From a virus: a stretch of DNA of 64,000 nucleotides. Positions 43,122 through 53,298 of the stretch are shown in pieces. Under the pieces are notes generated by a model. That model saw nothing but the letters and a program-made list of their open reading frames with translations, was not told where the DNA came from and ran no database searches. Position numbers and translations under genes: made by a program. The DNA lies in the IMG/VR virus record IMGVR_UViG_3300005466_000026, positions 21,775 through 85,774 of that record; one strand, given 5' to 3'. How positions within the stretch are numbered: position 1 is the first letter of the stretch; every line of letters starts with the position of its first letter.

Positions 43122-45953
43122 CTACCCCATAGTTGAGAGTCGACTTGTTCCGTCCATCGCGTATAGAGCACTGAGTTCTCCCATCGTGAACAGAGGATTG
43201 CTGCCGTATCGCAGCAGAGACGGAGCCTCGTCCACGAGAGTCACGGAGGCCTTCAAGTCGGCCTGAGGCGTCACGGAGAACACCAGCATCCGACGATACT
43301 CGCTGTGCAGATCCCCGGCCGTGACCATGCAGCCGTACTCGTAGTTCGTGTCCGAGAAGCCCACGATCGTGCCGGGATCAGAGAACGGCACGGCCAGAGT
43401 AACCGTGTTGGTCTCCCCGGTGGAGTTGCTGAGAAGATGCGTCGAGAGAGTTCCGTCGTTTCTTCGAATGGCTATGCCGGTGGTCACGCCTACCAAGTGC
43501 ATGTCCGTCACGGAGTGCATGTCCGTCACGGAGTGCATGTCCGGCTCGTTCGTCACCGGTATCGTGGAGTCCAGTATCAGTCCGGTTATCTGCAGAGGAC
43601 TGTTACCCTTCGTCACAGTCTTGATGCGAGCGTCGCCCGACCGGGAGGTCAGGATGTCGTGCTGCAGCCCGACTAGGGAGCCGCGTCTGCAGACTATTGA
43701 CTCTATGTCCGTGTCGAACGTGTAGAACGTAGATCTGAGATTAGCCTGATCGAGATCGAACTGAGCGCGAGCCCGAACCTTCGCCAAGTCCACCAGTCCC
43801 TCGTACGCGATGGACTCCAGAAGACCTGTGGTGGCTATGGACGGATCTCGCTGATAGACGAAGGTCTGTGCTCTGTCGTCGTCAGAGAGATTGTCCCGAT
43901 AGGTGACGACGAAGCCCTCCGGAGGCCTGACGAACGCGCGGTCGAAGTGCATGTTGCTAGTGTTGATGCGAGAGAACACCTGAACAGGCACGTCCTCGCT
44001 GCGATCGTTGTCGACCGTCACCCCGTACTGATCCGACTGATACGGCTTGGCATACGCGCAGGCCGCCAGCGTGGCGAGAACGTCCTGCGTTCTCATGTCG
44101 TCTACTATGGTATCGCACGTCCACTCGTTGTCTGTGCAGAGCGTGCGCCAAGCCAGTATTCCCGTGTCGTCGCGAAGATCCGAAGGAAGAGGATCCAGGT
44201 TCTGCGCGCCCGACAAGACGTCGACGTAGTGCGGCGCAGGATTAGAGGTCGTGGTCCACGTGTTCCACCCCGAGCCGTCCCAGTCCTTGACGTAGCCAGA
44301 CGCCTCAGTCGAGATCCTCTGAATGTTTCTGTTGACAGCCCTCAGCGCCACCAGTGCGAAGCCGGACTTCTTGACTGGATAGTCGTTCCAGACCGATATG
44401 ACTCTGATGAACGACAGTCGATCCGACACGTTGGTCTGATTGGTGACCTGCGGAGACGACACGTTCTGATACCAGAAGAAGTCCACCTGCTGCGCAGCGT
44501 AGGTATAGTTGGTCTCGTTGAACGCGCTGTCCTGAAAGGACACTCCGCGCTTGACCTCGAACTCGTATATCCCCTTCGGGAAGGAGGCCTCGCTGAGATA
44601 GATCTCGGCTCGATTGTCGAACAGGTTTATGTTCTGTATTCGAGAGGCGTCCTCGTTGCCGTTGTTGTAGTAGTGGAGGCCTCCTCCCTTGTTGAAGTAA
44701 GAGTCTGCCGTCCAGCTGCGATCGGCAGGAGTCGGCGGTGCCACTGTCTGATCTATCGGATCGAAGAACGCGTAGACGAAGCCGTTGTTCGCTGGCACCG
44801 TCTCGACAGGATCAGCTACGTCCTGCCACTTGAACAGGACTGCGAAGCGGAGCTGCCTGATGGTGTCGTTCGCGTAGTGCAGCTCCGGCAGATTTATCCA
44901 GGTGCTGGAGCCCCGCAGACGCATTCGTATTCTCAGAGGAATACGCCATCTGGAGTTGCCTGCGATGGCCAGACCACCGGGAAGCAAGAAGTGAAACCAG
45001 ATCTCGTCGGGAGAGTTTCTCGCCGCGACTCCGTGCCACACGGACAGATCCGTCTCTGGCAAACTCTGGTGCACCAAGCTGATGTTGTCCGACTTCAGGG
45101 TCGGCTGCGACATGGTGATCTGAGGAGCAGAGGTCTTTCCCTGCCTCGTCGCCAAGGTTACAGGTGTGTCGCTCTCCCATCCCTCGCGAGTCTCGAACTC
45201 TACGTCCTCGGCATCCGTTATGGACACACCGTCGACCCGAAGATCCTCCAGCAGATGAGGACCATTCAGAGCCATCAAGGCCTCTACGTACTCGTCGTCG
45301 TCTACGAGCTCCACCAGAGGCTCAGTGACGAAGGGAGGATACACCTTTCTGGTCCCTATGACGCGAGGTATCGCGCCTCCCGGATTGATCAGGTTGGCCT
45401 GCGCCGACGCAGACTCTCTGTTGTCAGCGGAACTCTCTCCCGCGCCGGATGCGATGTCCTGCGTCGGTGGCGCGGTGAGAGCCGAGATCGCCAGAGCACC
45501 AGCGACGCTGACAGCACTGGCCAGCAGGGTCGCACTCGTGGAGCCAGCCGCGAACAGACCAGCCTCTCCGAACCCTGTGAAGACGGCAGCGGCACCGCCA
45601 GTGATAGCGGTCGCGACGGCTATCAGCGCTATCGCGGCGACGAGCGCTATGATGGACTTGCCTGAGTTGCTGCCTCCGAGATTTCCCAGAGGCCAGTGCA
45701 GCGTCACCGCTATCGGCAGCTCGCCCGTGGACACCTTCGGCCGAACGCGACCCCACATCTCGCGCGGGACCTCCTGATTGTTGACGCAGACGACGCCTCG
45801 AGACTCGAACATGTCCGGAAGCCGAGGAACACTGCGCACGATCTCCGCTATCGTCTCGCCGCCGACTCGCAGATCGCGATACGGCGTGCTCCCGAACGCG
45901 AACGGCTCGCGATAGGCGACCGCCACCTTGTTCTTATCGAGCCGATTCGACAC
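43122..45953 (-). CDS. tail tip / host-specificity J-like protein
   Basis: 943 aa; GAIPRVIGTRKVYPP and TSNPA motifs; follows NlpC/P60. Confidence 0.8.
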   Translation of the reverse strand: MSNRLDKNKVAVAYREPFAFGSTPYRDLRVGGETIAEIVRSVPRLPDMFESRGVVCVNNQEVPREMWGRVRPKVSTGELPIAVTLHWPLGNLGGSNSGKSIIALVAAIALIAVATAITGGAAAVFTGFGEAGLFAAGSTSATLLASAVSVAGALAISALTAPPTQDIASGAGESSADNRESASAQANLINPGGAIPRVIGTRKVYPPFVTEPLVELVDDDEYVEALMALNGPHLLEDLRVDGVSITDAEDVEFETREGWESDTPVTLATRQGKTSAPQITMSQPTLKSDNISLVHQSLPETDLSVWHGVAARNSPDEIWFHFLLPGGLAIAGNSRWRIPLRIRMRLRGSSTWINLPELHYANDTIRQLRFAVLFKWQDVADPVETVPANNGFVYAFFDPIDQTVAPPTPADRSWTADSYFNKGGGLHYYNNGNEDASRIQNINLFDNRAEIYLSEASFPKGIYEFEVKRGVSFQDSAFNETNYTYAAQQVDFFWYQNVSSPQVTNQTNVSDRLSFIRVISVWNDYPVKKSGFALVALRAVNRNIQRISTEASGYVKDWDGSGWNTWTTTSNPAPHYVDVLSGAQNLDPLPSDLRDDTGILAWRTLCTDNEWTCDTIVDDMRTQDVLATLAACAYAKPYQSDQYGVTVDNDRSEDVPVQVFSRINTSNMHFDRAFVRPPEGFVVTYRDNLSDDDRAQTFVYQRDPSIATTGLLESIAYEGLVDLAKVRARAQFDLDQANLRSTFYTFDTDIESIVCRRGSLVGLQHDILTSRSGDARIKTVTKGNSPLQITGLILDSTIPVTNEPDMHSVTDMHSVTDMHLVGVTTGIAIRRNDGTLSTHLLSNSTGETNTVTLAVPFSDPGTIVGFSDTNYEYGCMVTAGDLHSEYRRMLVFSVTPQADLKASVTLVDEAPSLLRYGSNPLFTMGELSALYAMDGTSRLSTMG
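43496..43543. repeat. 18-bp in-frame tandem repeat (2.7 copies)
   Basis: AGTGCATGTCCGTCACGG repeated, encoding DMHSVT DMHSVT DMH. Confidence 0.9.
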
Positions 45954-46353
45954 TCATCATCTCCGTGTGACGAAAGAACTTCAAGTTGCGAAACAGAACA
46001 GTCTGATGACTCATGGGCACCAGAACAGCAGAGGTCGCCCGCTCGATGTGCAGAACTCTGTGATCCACCATGAGACCAACGTGAATGGGAGCATGCTTTC
46101 GATACATGACAGCCATGTCGAACATCTGCGGCTTGTCCACAGGGTGCCACGGCTCCTTCGCAGTCTCCTCCGCGACCTTGTAGGCTATGCGTATCAGCTC
46201 AGACGCAGGAATATCTCCGTACGTCGGAAGCTCTATCTTGTGCTCGGTCTTGAACGCGAGTCGCACGAGACCCCAGCAGTCCACCCCCGGCCAGTCGCGT
46301 CCTCCGTCCACGAACGGAAGACCGACGTACTTCTCGAACCACGGTCTACTCAT
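45934..46353 (-). CDS. NlpC/P60 tail-associated peptidase
   Basis: YVGLPF..GGRD..GVDCWGLV...HVGL....VLH. Confidence 0.9.
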   Translation of the reverse strand: MSRPWFEKYVGLPFVDGGRDWPGVDCWGLVRLAFKTEHKIELPTYGDIPASELIRIAYKVAEETAKEPWHPVDKPQMFDMAVMYRKHAPIHVGLMVDHRVLHIERATSAVLVPMSHQTVLFRNLKFFRHTEMMSVESAR

Positions 46354-46865
46354 CTGAAGAGCCCTGGAAAAGTAGACTGCAGCGCTCGCTGACCCGGCCA
46401 TACTCTCTGCAGATAGTCCCAGCCTACTATCGTCGCAGAGATGGCCAGCACGTCCACCTGGATGTTAGTGAGGAACAGCTTGTCCGCCATGTAGACGACT
46501 GTCGGCACTGGAGATCCCACCTCTGTTCGCGGATCGTTAGTCAGCACGAAATCTGTGGAGGACAGCAGCTCCATCTTGAGACGAGGCGGCGACTGCAGAA
46601 GACGCACCGTGTCGCCGATGCGCGGATCTACGTTCTGTATCGTCAGCTTCGCTGTGGGAGGCTGCTCGTCGTCCGACAGCAGCGTGATGTCGAACGGGAA
46701 CCCGATGAACGTGTTGCCCCCGTAGACGAAGTCCTTCGTGTCCCACACTACGCGAATTGGATCTATCAGCGTAGGGTGCGATATCGTGAGAAAGCAGAGA
46801 TCTACGTCGTCCGAGAAGTTGGCCTCGGCCGACTGACGAAACGACATCGATATGTTGCGAGGCAT
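46350..46865 (-). CDS. minor tail protein (DUF1833-like)
   Basis: LTISHP...PIRVV...FIGFPFDITL....PP.AKLTIQNVD...FPGLF. Confidence 0.8.
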   Translation of the reverse strand: MPRNISMSFRQSAEANFSDDVDLCFLTISHPTLIDPIRVVWDTKDFVYGGNTFIGFPFDITLLSDDEQPPTAKLTIQNVDPRIGDTVRLLQSPPRLKMELLSSTDFVLTNDPRTEVGSPVPTVVYMADKLFLTNIQVDVLAISATIVGWDYLQRVWPGQRALQSTFPGLFR

Positions 46866-47225
46866 CTATGGAAGTCTCAGTAGGTTGAAGCTGACCCGGA
46901 AGGTGCCGGGGGTCATGCGGTCTATCTTGGGAACCTCTTCCGGCCTGAAGATCCACGTGTAGTTGACCTTCGTTATGGGATGCAGCCACTCGAACGGCAG
47001 CGTCCCGTCCGCCAGCGTAGTCTCGAAGAACGTGTTGAACGTGAGCCGCTGCGCGCTCGTAAGGCGAAACGCGACCGCGGTGAGGGTCGAGACTGCAGTG
47101 CTGCGACGACGCATCTTCGCCGTCCCCACGCTTCCCTGAAACGAGGCGACGTTGACCTGCCTCTCCTCGGAGAAGTTGTTGAGGAGAGGACACTGCGGAA
47201 GAGTAGAGGGCCAAGTGTTGGTCAT
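46866..47225 (-). CDS. distal tail-like protein
   Basis: WPSTLP...G.AKMRRR.T...F.TFF..TL.DG.LPF.W.HP; follows tape measure. Confidence 0.75.
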   Translation of the reverse strand: MTNTWPSTLPQCPLLNNFSEERQVNVASFQGSVGTAKMRRRSTAVSTLTAVAFRLTSAQRLTFNTFFETTLADGTLPFEWLHPITKVNYTWIFRPEEVPKIDRMTPGTFRVSFNLLRLP

Positions 47226-49366
47226 CGCACCTTGGTCGGTCGAACGCCGAACCGTCCTCTGTTCACGTCGTCGAAGTCGCCTCTGGCCTGAGCCTTGCGA
47301 ACTATGTCTACGATCATGCGCTCTCCGCCTGCTGGATCCTGCCGTCTCTGCGTGCGAGTCTCCGTGTCGGCGGACACGTAGTTGTTTATCTCCACCGTCT
47401 GACCGCCTCCTCTTCCCGCGGACATCGCGTTGGGTATGATGTTCCCCGAGGCGTTCGGCTTGAACAGCTCTGGTCCGTTCTCTCCGACAAGATACGCTCC
47501 GCCGGCGGACACGCTGCCACCGCTCGCTCTGGCTCCACTGAAGAAGGACGAGAAAATCGCGCCGAGACCTCCGGTTCCGCCTGGGACCGAGGTCGCTGTT
47601 CCCAGCAGTCCGGCCAGCGGTCCCTGACCCAGAAGAAGAGCCTGCTCCAGAGCGCGAATGAGATTGTTCGTCAGATTCTTCATGGCGTCTGCGGCGCTCA
47701 GGGTCTTATTGCGCAGACCATCCATGATGTCTATGAGCTGATTGCCTCCGAACTGCACGGCATTCTGGATGCCCTGAAAGGCGAGCTTGGTCTTGTCCGC
47801 GGCGTCGGCCGCCGTCAGCATTCGCTGCGACACGCTGGTGAACGAGTCCGCGTGCCGCTGATTCAGCTCGATGCCAGCCGCCGTCAGCGCCTCCTGCTGC
47901 GTCATGGACGCGCGAAGAACGGCGTAGCTGTCGATCTGCGCCTGAGTGACCTCGCCACCCTCTCGCTGAATGGCCTGCAGCAGCGACACCTCGGTGCGAA
48001 GCTGCTGATGCTCCGCAGCGGTCTTGCCGACCGCCGCCGCGTCCGCGTTGAGCGCCGCTATGTGCCGGTTGATGCTGTCCACCTGAGCCTGAAACGGATC
48101 AGCCTGACTACCGGCGGCTGGATTGAGAAGTGGCCTCGGCTTGAACGCACCTGGACCACCAGCGTGAGCACCCTTGTTCGGGTCGCCGCCGACCGTGACG
48201 TCCGACGCCTCGAACTCTGCTCTCGCCTGCTTCAGCTTGTCCAGCTGCGTCCTGAACTCGTCTATCTTCTCGCCGATGGCGATCAGCTTGTCGCGGTCCG
48301 TCGTGTCGTTCGCGGTGAGATTGAGAAGCTGTCCCAGCTTGGTGTTGAACGCCTGCTGAAACGATCCCTCCGCGCCTACGCCCTTCCCGTCTCCGGTAGC
48401 GATCCTCTCCTGGAGAGCCTCCAGATTAGTTATCTGAGTCTCTAGATCCTTGATGTTGGACTCCAGCGCCTTCGGACCCTGCTGCTCCGCTGGCTTGAGA
48501 GCGTCGAAGAAGTCCCTGACCGCCGCAGACATCTTGATGATGAGAGGTACTACAGAGGCCAGCGTCGGCACGAGAGCGCCGAGCGAGCTGCTCAGCTCGT
48601 CCCCGATGACTCTGGCGAGCAGCGACAAATTGGTTCGCGCCTCCTGAGCGCGCTTGACCGCAGCCTCATCGATGGCCAGTCCCAGCTCCCTCATCCTCTG
48701 TCCGGCCGCCGCGATGCCCTGCTCTCCGCCGGCCAGGATCGAGATGAACTGCTCGTTGTCCGTCTTGAAGGCCGTCTGCGCCAGCTGAGCTCTCTTGACC
48801 TCGTCGGTCGTCGACCTGAGAGCGTTGGCTATGACGTCCAGCCTCGCGGCCTGCGTGGGAGCCTTCTCGAACGCGTCCACAAAACCCTTGCCCACGTTGC
48901 TCAGCGCCTTGTAGAAGTCCTCCGCAGTATCCTTAGACGCCTTGCTGACCTCGGTGAACTTGTCTAGAGCCTTGTTCAGCTTCTCCTGCGGAACTCTCGC
49001 CTCGTCCGCGGCGACCGACAGCGCCTGAAGCAGATTGACCGGCAGACGCAGCTCGTCCGCGCGATCGCCGATCTTAGACAGACCGTCTATCAGAGTACCT
49101 ATCTTGGTGACTATCGCCGCGATGGCCACGCCGAACCCGGCCAGAAGGGCCACGCCGATGGTGTTGCCCGCGTCCTGAGCCGGACCCTTCGCGGCGTCTG
49201 CGAAGTTGCTCATGAACTTGGAGGCGTCGGGGTTCAGCTTGCTGAAGCTGTCCTCGATGCCCTTCACCGCGTTGCCGGCGATGGCAGACGCAGCGTCCAT
49301 GTCACTCTGAAACTTCGTCAGCTGCGCGGAGAGCGCTACGACTAGAGCTGCTGTCTCGTTTGCCAT
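47222..49366 (-). CDS. tail tape measure protein
   Basis: 714-aa Ala-rich helical protein; C-terminal RASGGSV..GGAYLVGENGPELF.P. Confidence 0.9.
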   Translation of the reverse strand: MANETAALVVALSAQLTKFQSDMDAASAIAGNAVKGIEDSFSKLNPDASKFMSNFADAAKGPAQDAGNTIGVALLAGFGVAIAAIVTKIGTLIDGLSKIGDRADELRLPVNLLQALSVAADEARVPQEKLNKALDKFTEVSKASKDTAEDFYKALSNVGKGFVDAFEKAPTQAARLDVIANALRSTTDEVKRAQLAQTAFKTDNEQFISILAGGEQGIAAAGQRMRELGLAIDEAAVKRAQEARTNLSLLARVIGDELSSSLGALVPTLASVVPLIIKMSAAVRDFFDALKPAEQQGPKALESNIKDLETQITNLEALQERIATGDGKGVGAEGSFQQAFNTKLGQLLNLTANDTTDRDKLIAIGEKIDEFRTQLDKLKQARAEFEASDVTVGGDPNKGAHAGGPGAFKPRPLLNPAAGSQADPFQAQVDSINRHIAALNADAAAVGKTAAEHQQLRTEVSLLQAIQREGGEVTQAQIDSYAVLRASMTQQEALTAAGIELNQRHADSFTSVSQRMLTAADAADKTKLAFQGIQNAVQFGGNQLIDIMDGLRNKTLSAADAMKNLTNNLIRALEQALLLGQGPLAGLLGTATSVPGGTGGLGAIFSSFFSGARASGGSVSAGGAYLVGENGPELFKPNASGNIIPNAMSAGRGGGQTVEINNYVSADTETRTQRRQDPAGGERMIVDIVRKAQARGDFDDVNRGRFGVRPTKVR

Positions 49367-49367
49367 C

Positions 49368-49640
49368 TCACTGTATCGTCATGTTGGACTCGTGATAACT
49401 CATCACCATGGAGTCGAACTCCTCGTTGCTCGGTGGCTCCACTGGTGTATCTCCGCCCTGAGACTTGTTGTAGCCGTCTACGCTGGCGGTCAGCTCCCAC
49501 AAGGTCAGTTCGTCTGTCTGTCTTGGAGACCACCCGAGGGCTGCTCCGAGACCGTAGACTGCGGAGCGGCGAACTCTTCCGTCGTCGTGGTAGACTGGCG
49601 ACTTGGAGTCTCCTTGGCCGTCTCCGCCTTCTCTTTTTTT
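49368..49640 (-). CDS. tail assembly chaperone, -1 frameshift extension (gpT-like)
   Basis: -1 frame after the A7 run encodes YGLGAALGWSPRQTDELTLWE; ends just before tape measure. Confidence 0.7.
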   Translation of the reverse strand, partial: KKREGGDGQGDSKSPVYHDDGRVRRSAVYGLGAALGWSPRQTDELTLWELTASVDGYNKSQGGDTPVEPPSNEEFDSMVMSYHESNMTIQ

Positions 49641-49966
49641 CCGACTTCGTCTCCAGGCACGCCCGTCAGTGCGGCCATGATGACGACCAACGCGATATAG
49701 ACGCTCTCTGTCAGAGGCCTCTCGTCTACGTACCGCTGAACCAGCACCAGAGCCTTGAGAGGCTCCTGACCAGCACCTATGAGTCCCAGACGAATGGTCT
49801 CCCTGATATCGTTCAGCTTCCACTTGCCATCGCGGATGCGGCTGAAGACCTCTGCTATGCCGCATCCGCACTTGTCCTCGAGCTCCAGTATCTGAGCTAC
49901 CTTCGCTATGTTGAACTTGTGCGTACCATCCGCCCAAGTCAACTCCACTTCTCCGTTCACTGCCAT
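49505..49966 (-). CDS. tail assembly chaperone (GTA-gp10-like)
   Basis: ELEDKCG.GI...DIRETIRLGLIGAG...ALVLV.RYVD.RP. Confidence 0.8.
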   Translation of the reverse strand: MAVNGEVELTWADGTHKFNIAKVAQILELEDKCGCGIAEVFSRIRDGKWKLNDIRETIRLGLIGAGQEPLKALVLVQRYVDERPLTESVYIALVVIMAALTGVPGDEVGKKEKAETAKETPSRQSTTTTEEFAAPQSTVSEQPSGGLQDRQTN

Positions 49967-49996
49967 GATCCATATCTCCGTGGCTAGATGTGGAAC

Positions 49997-50461
49997 TCAC
50001 GCGGGAACGAACGTGAGTGCGCCGTTGTTCACCATAGTCAGGTCGAGAGTGACCTTCTGTCCACGAACACCACCGTACTTGAGGTCGGTGAGCAGGAACG
50101 ATCCCAGCCAGTAGCCGAGAGACAGCGGCAGAGTAGTCGGAGACACGAGCTGAATGCGAGCACTGCGCTCAGTCGCGCCCATGAACCAGTCCAGCCAAGT
50201 GTGAAACGACTCGCAGGCCATCACGCCAGAGCCAGACACCTCGGCCGACAAGGCGTTCACGTCCTTCGCCTCCCACGCGGGCAGAGAAGGATCGAGACAG
50301 TCCGGGATCAGCGTAGTATTAGTAGACGCCGACAGACTGAAGTTCTTGGTAGTCAACCCGCACGGCTCAGAGAAGACGTCCGGGCTCCCGGAGGGTGAGT
50401 CACCGCCGATGCCGATCAAGATCAGCAGCTTGGTGCCCGGGATAACGGTCGGTTGTGCCAT
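49997..50461 (-). CDS. major tail tube protein
   Basis: PCGLTTK.F...PDC.DP..PAW....SAEVSGSGV; AAGGAG RBS. Confidence 0.85.
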   Translation of the reverse strand: MAQPTVIPGTKLLILIGIGGDSPSGSPDVFSEPCGLTTKNFSLSASTNTTLIPDCLDPSLPAWEAKDVNALSAEVSGSGVMACESFHTWLDWFMGATERSARIQLVSPTTLPLSLGYWLGSFLLTDLKYGGVRGQKVTLDLTMVNNGALTFVPA

Positions 50462-50478
50462 CTTAGTTTCTCCTTCGG

Positions 50479-50889
50479 TTAAGCTAGTTGTATCAACGCA
50501 CGAAAGTTCAGCGCGACGTGACGAGTCAGTCCGTCCGGATCACGCAGATAGTTGACGGTGTTCAGCTCGAACACTATCACAGAGTATCCAGAGACCGTGA
50601 GATCCTGGTCGTCCAGCGCGGCCACTACTGCCTTGCTGATCTTCTTCACCATCGGTATGCTCTTGTCTCGAGCCCATCCGTCTATGCTGAAGAAGATCTC
50701 TGTCCCGTCGATGCAGTCGGCCTTGTCTGGCAGAACCTGACTGTCACCTATGGAGATATATGGAAACGTAGGGCCGGGGGGAACCTCGTCGTACACCCGA
50801 GCAGGATCCCCGACGATGGCCTTGACGCCAGCGTCGGCCTTCAGCTTGGTGACTATCGCGGCCTGCAGCTCTAGTGATGGATCGCTCAT
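50479..50889 (-). CDS. tail terminator (DUF3168)
   Basis: LELQAAIV..L....V...VG..RVYD.VP..P.FPYISIG...RDPDGLTRH. Confidence 0.85.
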   Translation of the reverse strand: MSDPSLELQAAIVTKLKADAGVKAIVGDPARVYDEVPPGPTFPYISIGDSQVLPDKADCIDGTEIFFSIDGWARDKSIPMVKKISKAVVAALDDQDLTVSGYSVIVFELNTVNYLRDPDGLTRHVALNFRALIQLA

Positions 50890-51281
50890 GCTGAGTACTT
50901 CTTGATGTTGAGCGCTACCTTGGCCTTCATCTCTTCCTTGATCTGTCTCTTCATCCTGTTGTAGGTCGGAAAGAAGAACGGCTGCGCTGGCATGTTCACG
51001 GTGCCGAACTCGTCTGCTCTGGCGTAGTCGTACGGCTTAGAGGAGACGGACTCCCTGACGGTCTCGTGGCCACCCGCGACTATCCGCACGGTCGTGTCCT
51101 TCTTACCCGGCACCGTCTTGACTGTGGTTCGCAGAGTACCCTCGTGTACTGGAGCAGCGGCCGCGATAGCCTGTCTCAGCTTCTCGGCCTGCTTGTTCAG
51201 CTCCTCCACTGCGAGATCGTGCAGCTCCTTCGGGAGCTGTCTGGTCAGCAGCTGATCCAGCTTTCTGACTGAGTCGTTCAC
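50886..51281 (-). CDS. HK97 gp10-like neck protein
   Basis: APVHEGTLR...YARADEFGT.NMPAQPFFFP. Confidence 0.85.
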   Translation of the reverse strand: MNDSVRKLDQLLTRQLPKELHDLAVEELNKQAEKLRQAIAAAAPVHEGTLRTTVKTVPGKKDTTVRIVAGGHETVRESVSSKPYDYARADEFGTVNMPAQPFFFPTYNRMKRQIKEEMKAKVALNIKKYSA

Positions 51282-51652
51282 ACCGCTACTCCCTTCTCGC
51301 AGAGCATCTCGTACATGAACCCGTGACGTACTCGCCCGCCGTCCGGATCTACTATGGAGCGGATATTGTAGGTGTCGCCAGTCTCCTCGTTCTTGACCAT
51401 CCACTCGGTTGTGACCAGCGAGGTCATGGAGGACTGTCTGACTGTGATGTTCACGTAGTTCGTGCCCGTCAGCCGACTGGCGAGTATCTGCTCGCCTCCC
51501 AGCTTGGGCGAGATGTTGCCGCGCGTGACGAAGTTCGCGGTGCCCAAGAAGCCGTTCTCGGTGTCCCCGTAGTCAGGCTCGGGAGGCGAAGAGACCCCCA
51601 GAGCTTGTCTAGAGTAGAACCCGACCAAGTATCTCAGCTCACCTGACGACAT
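51278..51652 (-). CDS. head closure / head-tail adaptor
   Basis: GELR..V.F...GGEQILASRL.G....ITVR....YNIRSI. Confidence 0.8.
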   Translation of the reverse strand: MSSGELRYLVGFYSRQALGVSSPPEPDYGDTENGFLGTANFVTRGNISPKLGGEQILASRLTGTNYVNITVRQSSMTSLVTTEWMVKNEETGDTYNIRSIVDPDGGRVRHGFMYEMLCEKGVAV

Positions 51653-51818
51653 TCTTCTTTCCCTTGTTCTCTGGCCTCTCAACCACGACTGCGCACTCCT
51701 CGCGAACTGCCTTCTCGGCGCAAGCTCTCTTCACCAAGTAGGTCCCAGGCTTGTAAGACATCACGGACCTAGAAGACGGCCAGTAGTCGAACGGCTTCGT
51801 GACCTTTATCCACGGCAT
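51639..51818 (-). CDS. hypothetical virion-associated protein
   Basis: MPWIKVTKPFDYW...YKPG; coupled. Confidence 0.6.
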   Translation of the reverse strand: MPWIKVTKPFDYWPSSRSVMSYKPGTYLVKRACAEKAVREECAVVVERPENKGKKNVVR

Positions 51819-52624
51819 CAGCGTATCATTCTCCACAGAGTTCCGTTGACCAGCTCGTCCTCGTTCCACTGATTGTACGCCAAGCTGTGAAGCCAAGGCA
51901 TTCGCTCCGGATAGACTGGCTTTTCTATTCTAGTGAAGTCTGTCTCGCCCACCAGCGCAGCAGCGCTCATCTTGTCGACGAACACCGGGCATCCCATCAC
52001 CACGGCCTCTACCGCGGCGATGCTACCGTGCGTGACTAGACAGTGAGCGTCAGCCAACTCCTTCTCGAGCGGCACCGGGCTCTCCTTGTGCCGCACGAAG
52101 ATCGGCCGATCAGTGTACTTCTTGAGCTCCTCGGCCACGTCCCTCGCCCAATAGACGTGAGCGAAGAGGTTCCAGTAGTCCGGCAGCGTGTCGGCTATCA
52201 CGATGCGCTTGCCGCTACTTCTCCACGGACGCAGCGACGACTCTAGTTTTAGAAACTTCCACCGATCCTCTGGTACGTCAGCGATGCTCTGCATCTGAAA
52301 GTGGTTGACATGCCATCTATAGTATCCTCCAGGAATTCCCATCTCACTGCCCTTGGGCAGATGCGTGGCAAACACGCGACGAAGATAGCCGCGATCCCAG
52401 TATATGAACTTTCTTCCGCTCTTTCTCCACTTGTCGTACCAAGGCTTGAGGAAGGGACTGCATCCGACGATGGGTATGACGTGCTCTGGCAGGTCATCAA
52501 GTCGCTGAGGATCGTCACGAACAACTCTCCCTATCTTCTGCCCTATGCGCTCGAACAAGTTCAACTTGAACTTCTTCAGTCCAGGAGGAATGAACAGAGC
52601 AACTGACTGCGGGTCTATCATCAC
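51818..52624 (-). CDS. GT-B glycosyltransferase-like (capsule-synthesis-related)
   Basis: IYWDRGY, IFVRHK, LADAHCLVTHGSIAAVEAVVMGCPVF, LAYNQW. Confidence 0.7.
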   Translation of the reverse strand: MMIDPQSVALFIPPGLKKFKLNLFERIGQKIGRVVRDDPQRLDDLPEHVIPIVGCSPFLKPWYDKWRKSGRKFIYWDRGYLRRVFATHLPKGSEMGIPGGYYRWHVNHFQMQSIADVPEDRWKFLKLESSLRPWRSSGKRIVIADTLPDYWNLFAHVYWARDVAEELKKYTDRPIFVRHKESPVPLEKELADAHCLVTHGSIAAVEAVVMGCPVFVDKMSAAALVGETDFTRIEKPVYPERMPWLHSLAYNQWNEDELVNGTLWRMIR

Positions 52625-53298
52625 ACCCTCCAGTGCTTCTGCACCCAGTCTAGATGCGTGAACTGCTCAGGCTTTCTCCAGCCGATGAACGCGACGATGC
52701 GACAGTTCAGCGGCAGAGCCGAGGAGTGCGGCGGCCATCCGGGCTTCTTGAAGCCGTAGATACCTGACGGATGTCCGCCCTTCCAGGTTCCGGCTTCAGG
52801 AAGCATGTGCCAGATCCAGCCCTGATCGTCAGGGAAGTCGTGATACTGTATCTTCTGCGCCTTATCCAGCGAGAAGTTTCTCCAGACCTCTGAATGACTA
52901 CCCGGTCTCAGCATGTAAATGCTGCAGTTGAACGGATTAGGATTAATCGCGTTGACACCCTTCAGTATGACGAAGGGCTCCTCCCGATCGAACAGCGGAT
53001 CCGTCCTGTCGACTATGACCAAGTCCAGATCAACTCCAACTATCCTGTCGGTGAGCTCGTGACGAGCCTGCCACTCCGGATCGAACGTGCGCAGCCTGCA
53101 GAAGCAGCCGCGCCCGATGAGCTCCTTGTCCTCCAGAGGAACCACGTCGTACCTGTCGCACGACTTGACGTCTCTGTCCGTTACCAAGACCAGTCTGTGC
53201 TTCTGCGCGTAGTGCCTGCGCAGGCCAGCGGCCAGCTTCTCCACGGACTCCAGGGGATACTTGCTGCCCCAGAGCCACGCCACGAAGTTCACAGCCAC
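52621..53298 (-). CDS. GT-A glycosyltransferase-like
   Basis: WGSKY....KL, VTD, DxD motif VDLDLVI, FNCSI, DDQGWI, AFIG.RKP. Confidence 0.75.
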   Translation of the reverse strand: MAVNFVAWLWGSKYPLESVEKLAAGLRRHYAQKHRLVLVTDRDVKSCDRYDVVPLEDKELIGRGCFCRLRTFDPEWQARHELTDRIVGVDLDLVIVDRTDPLFDREEPFVILKGVNAINPNPFNCSIYMLRPGSHSEVWRNFSLDKAQKIQYHDFPDDQGWIWHMLPEAGTWKGGHPSGIYGFKKPGWPPHSSALPLNCRIVAFIGWRKPEQFTHLDWVQKHWRV

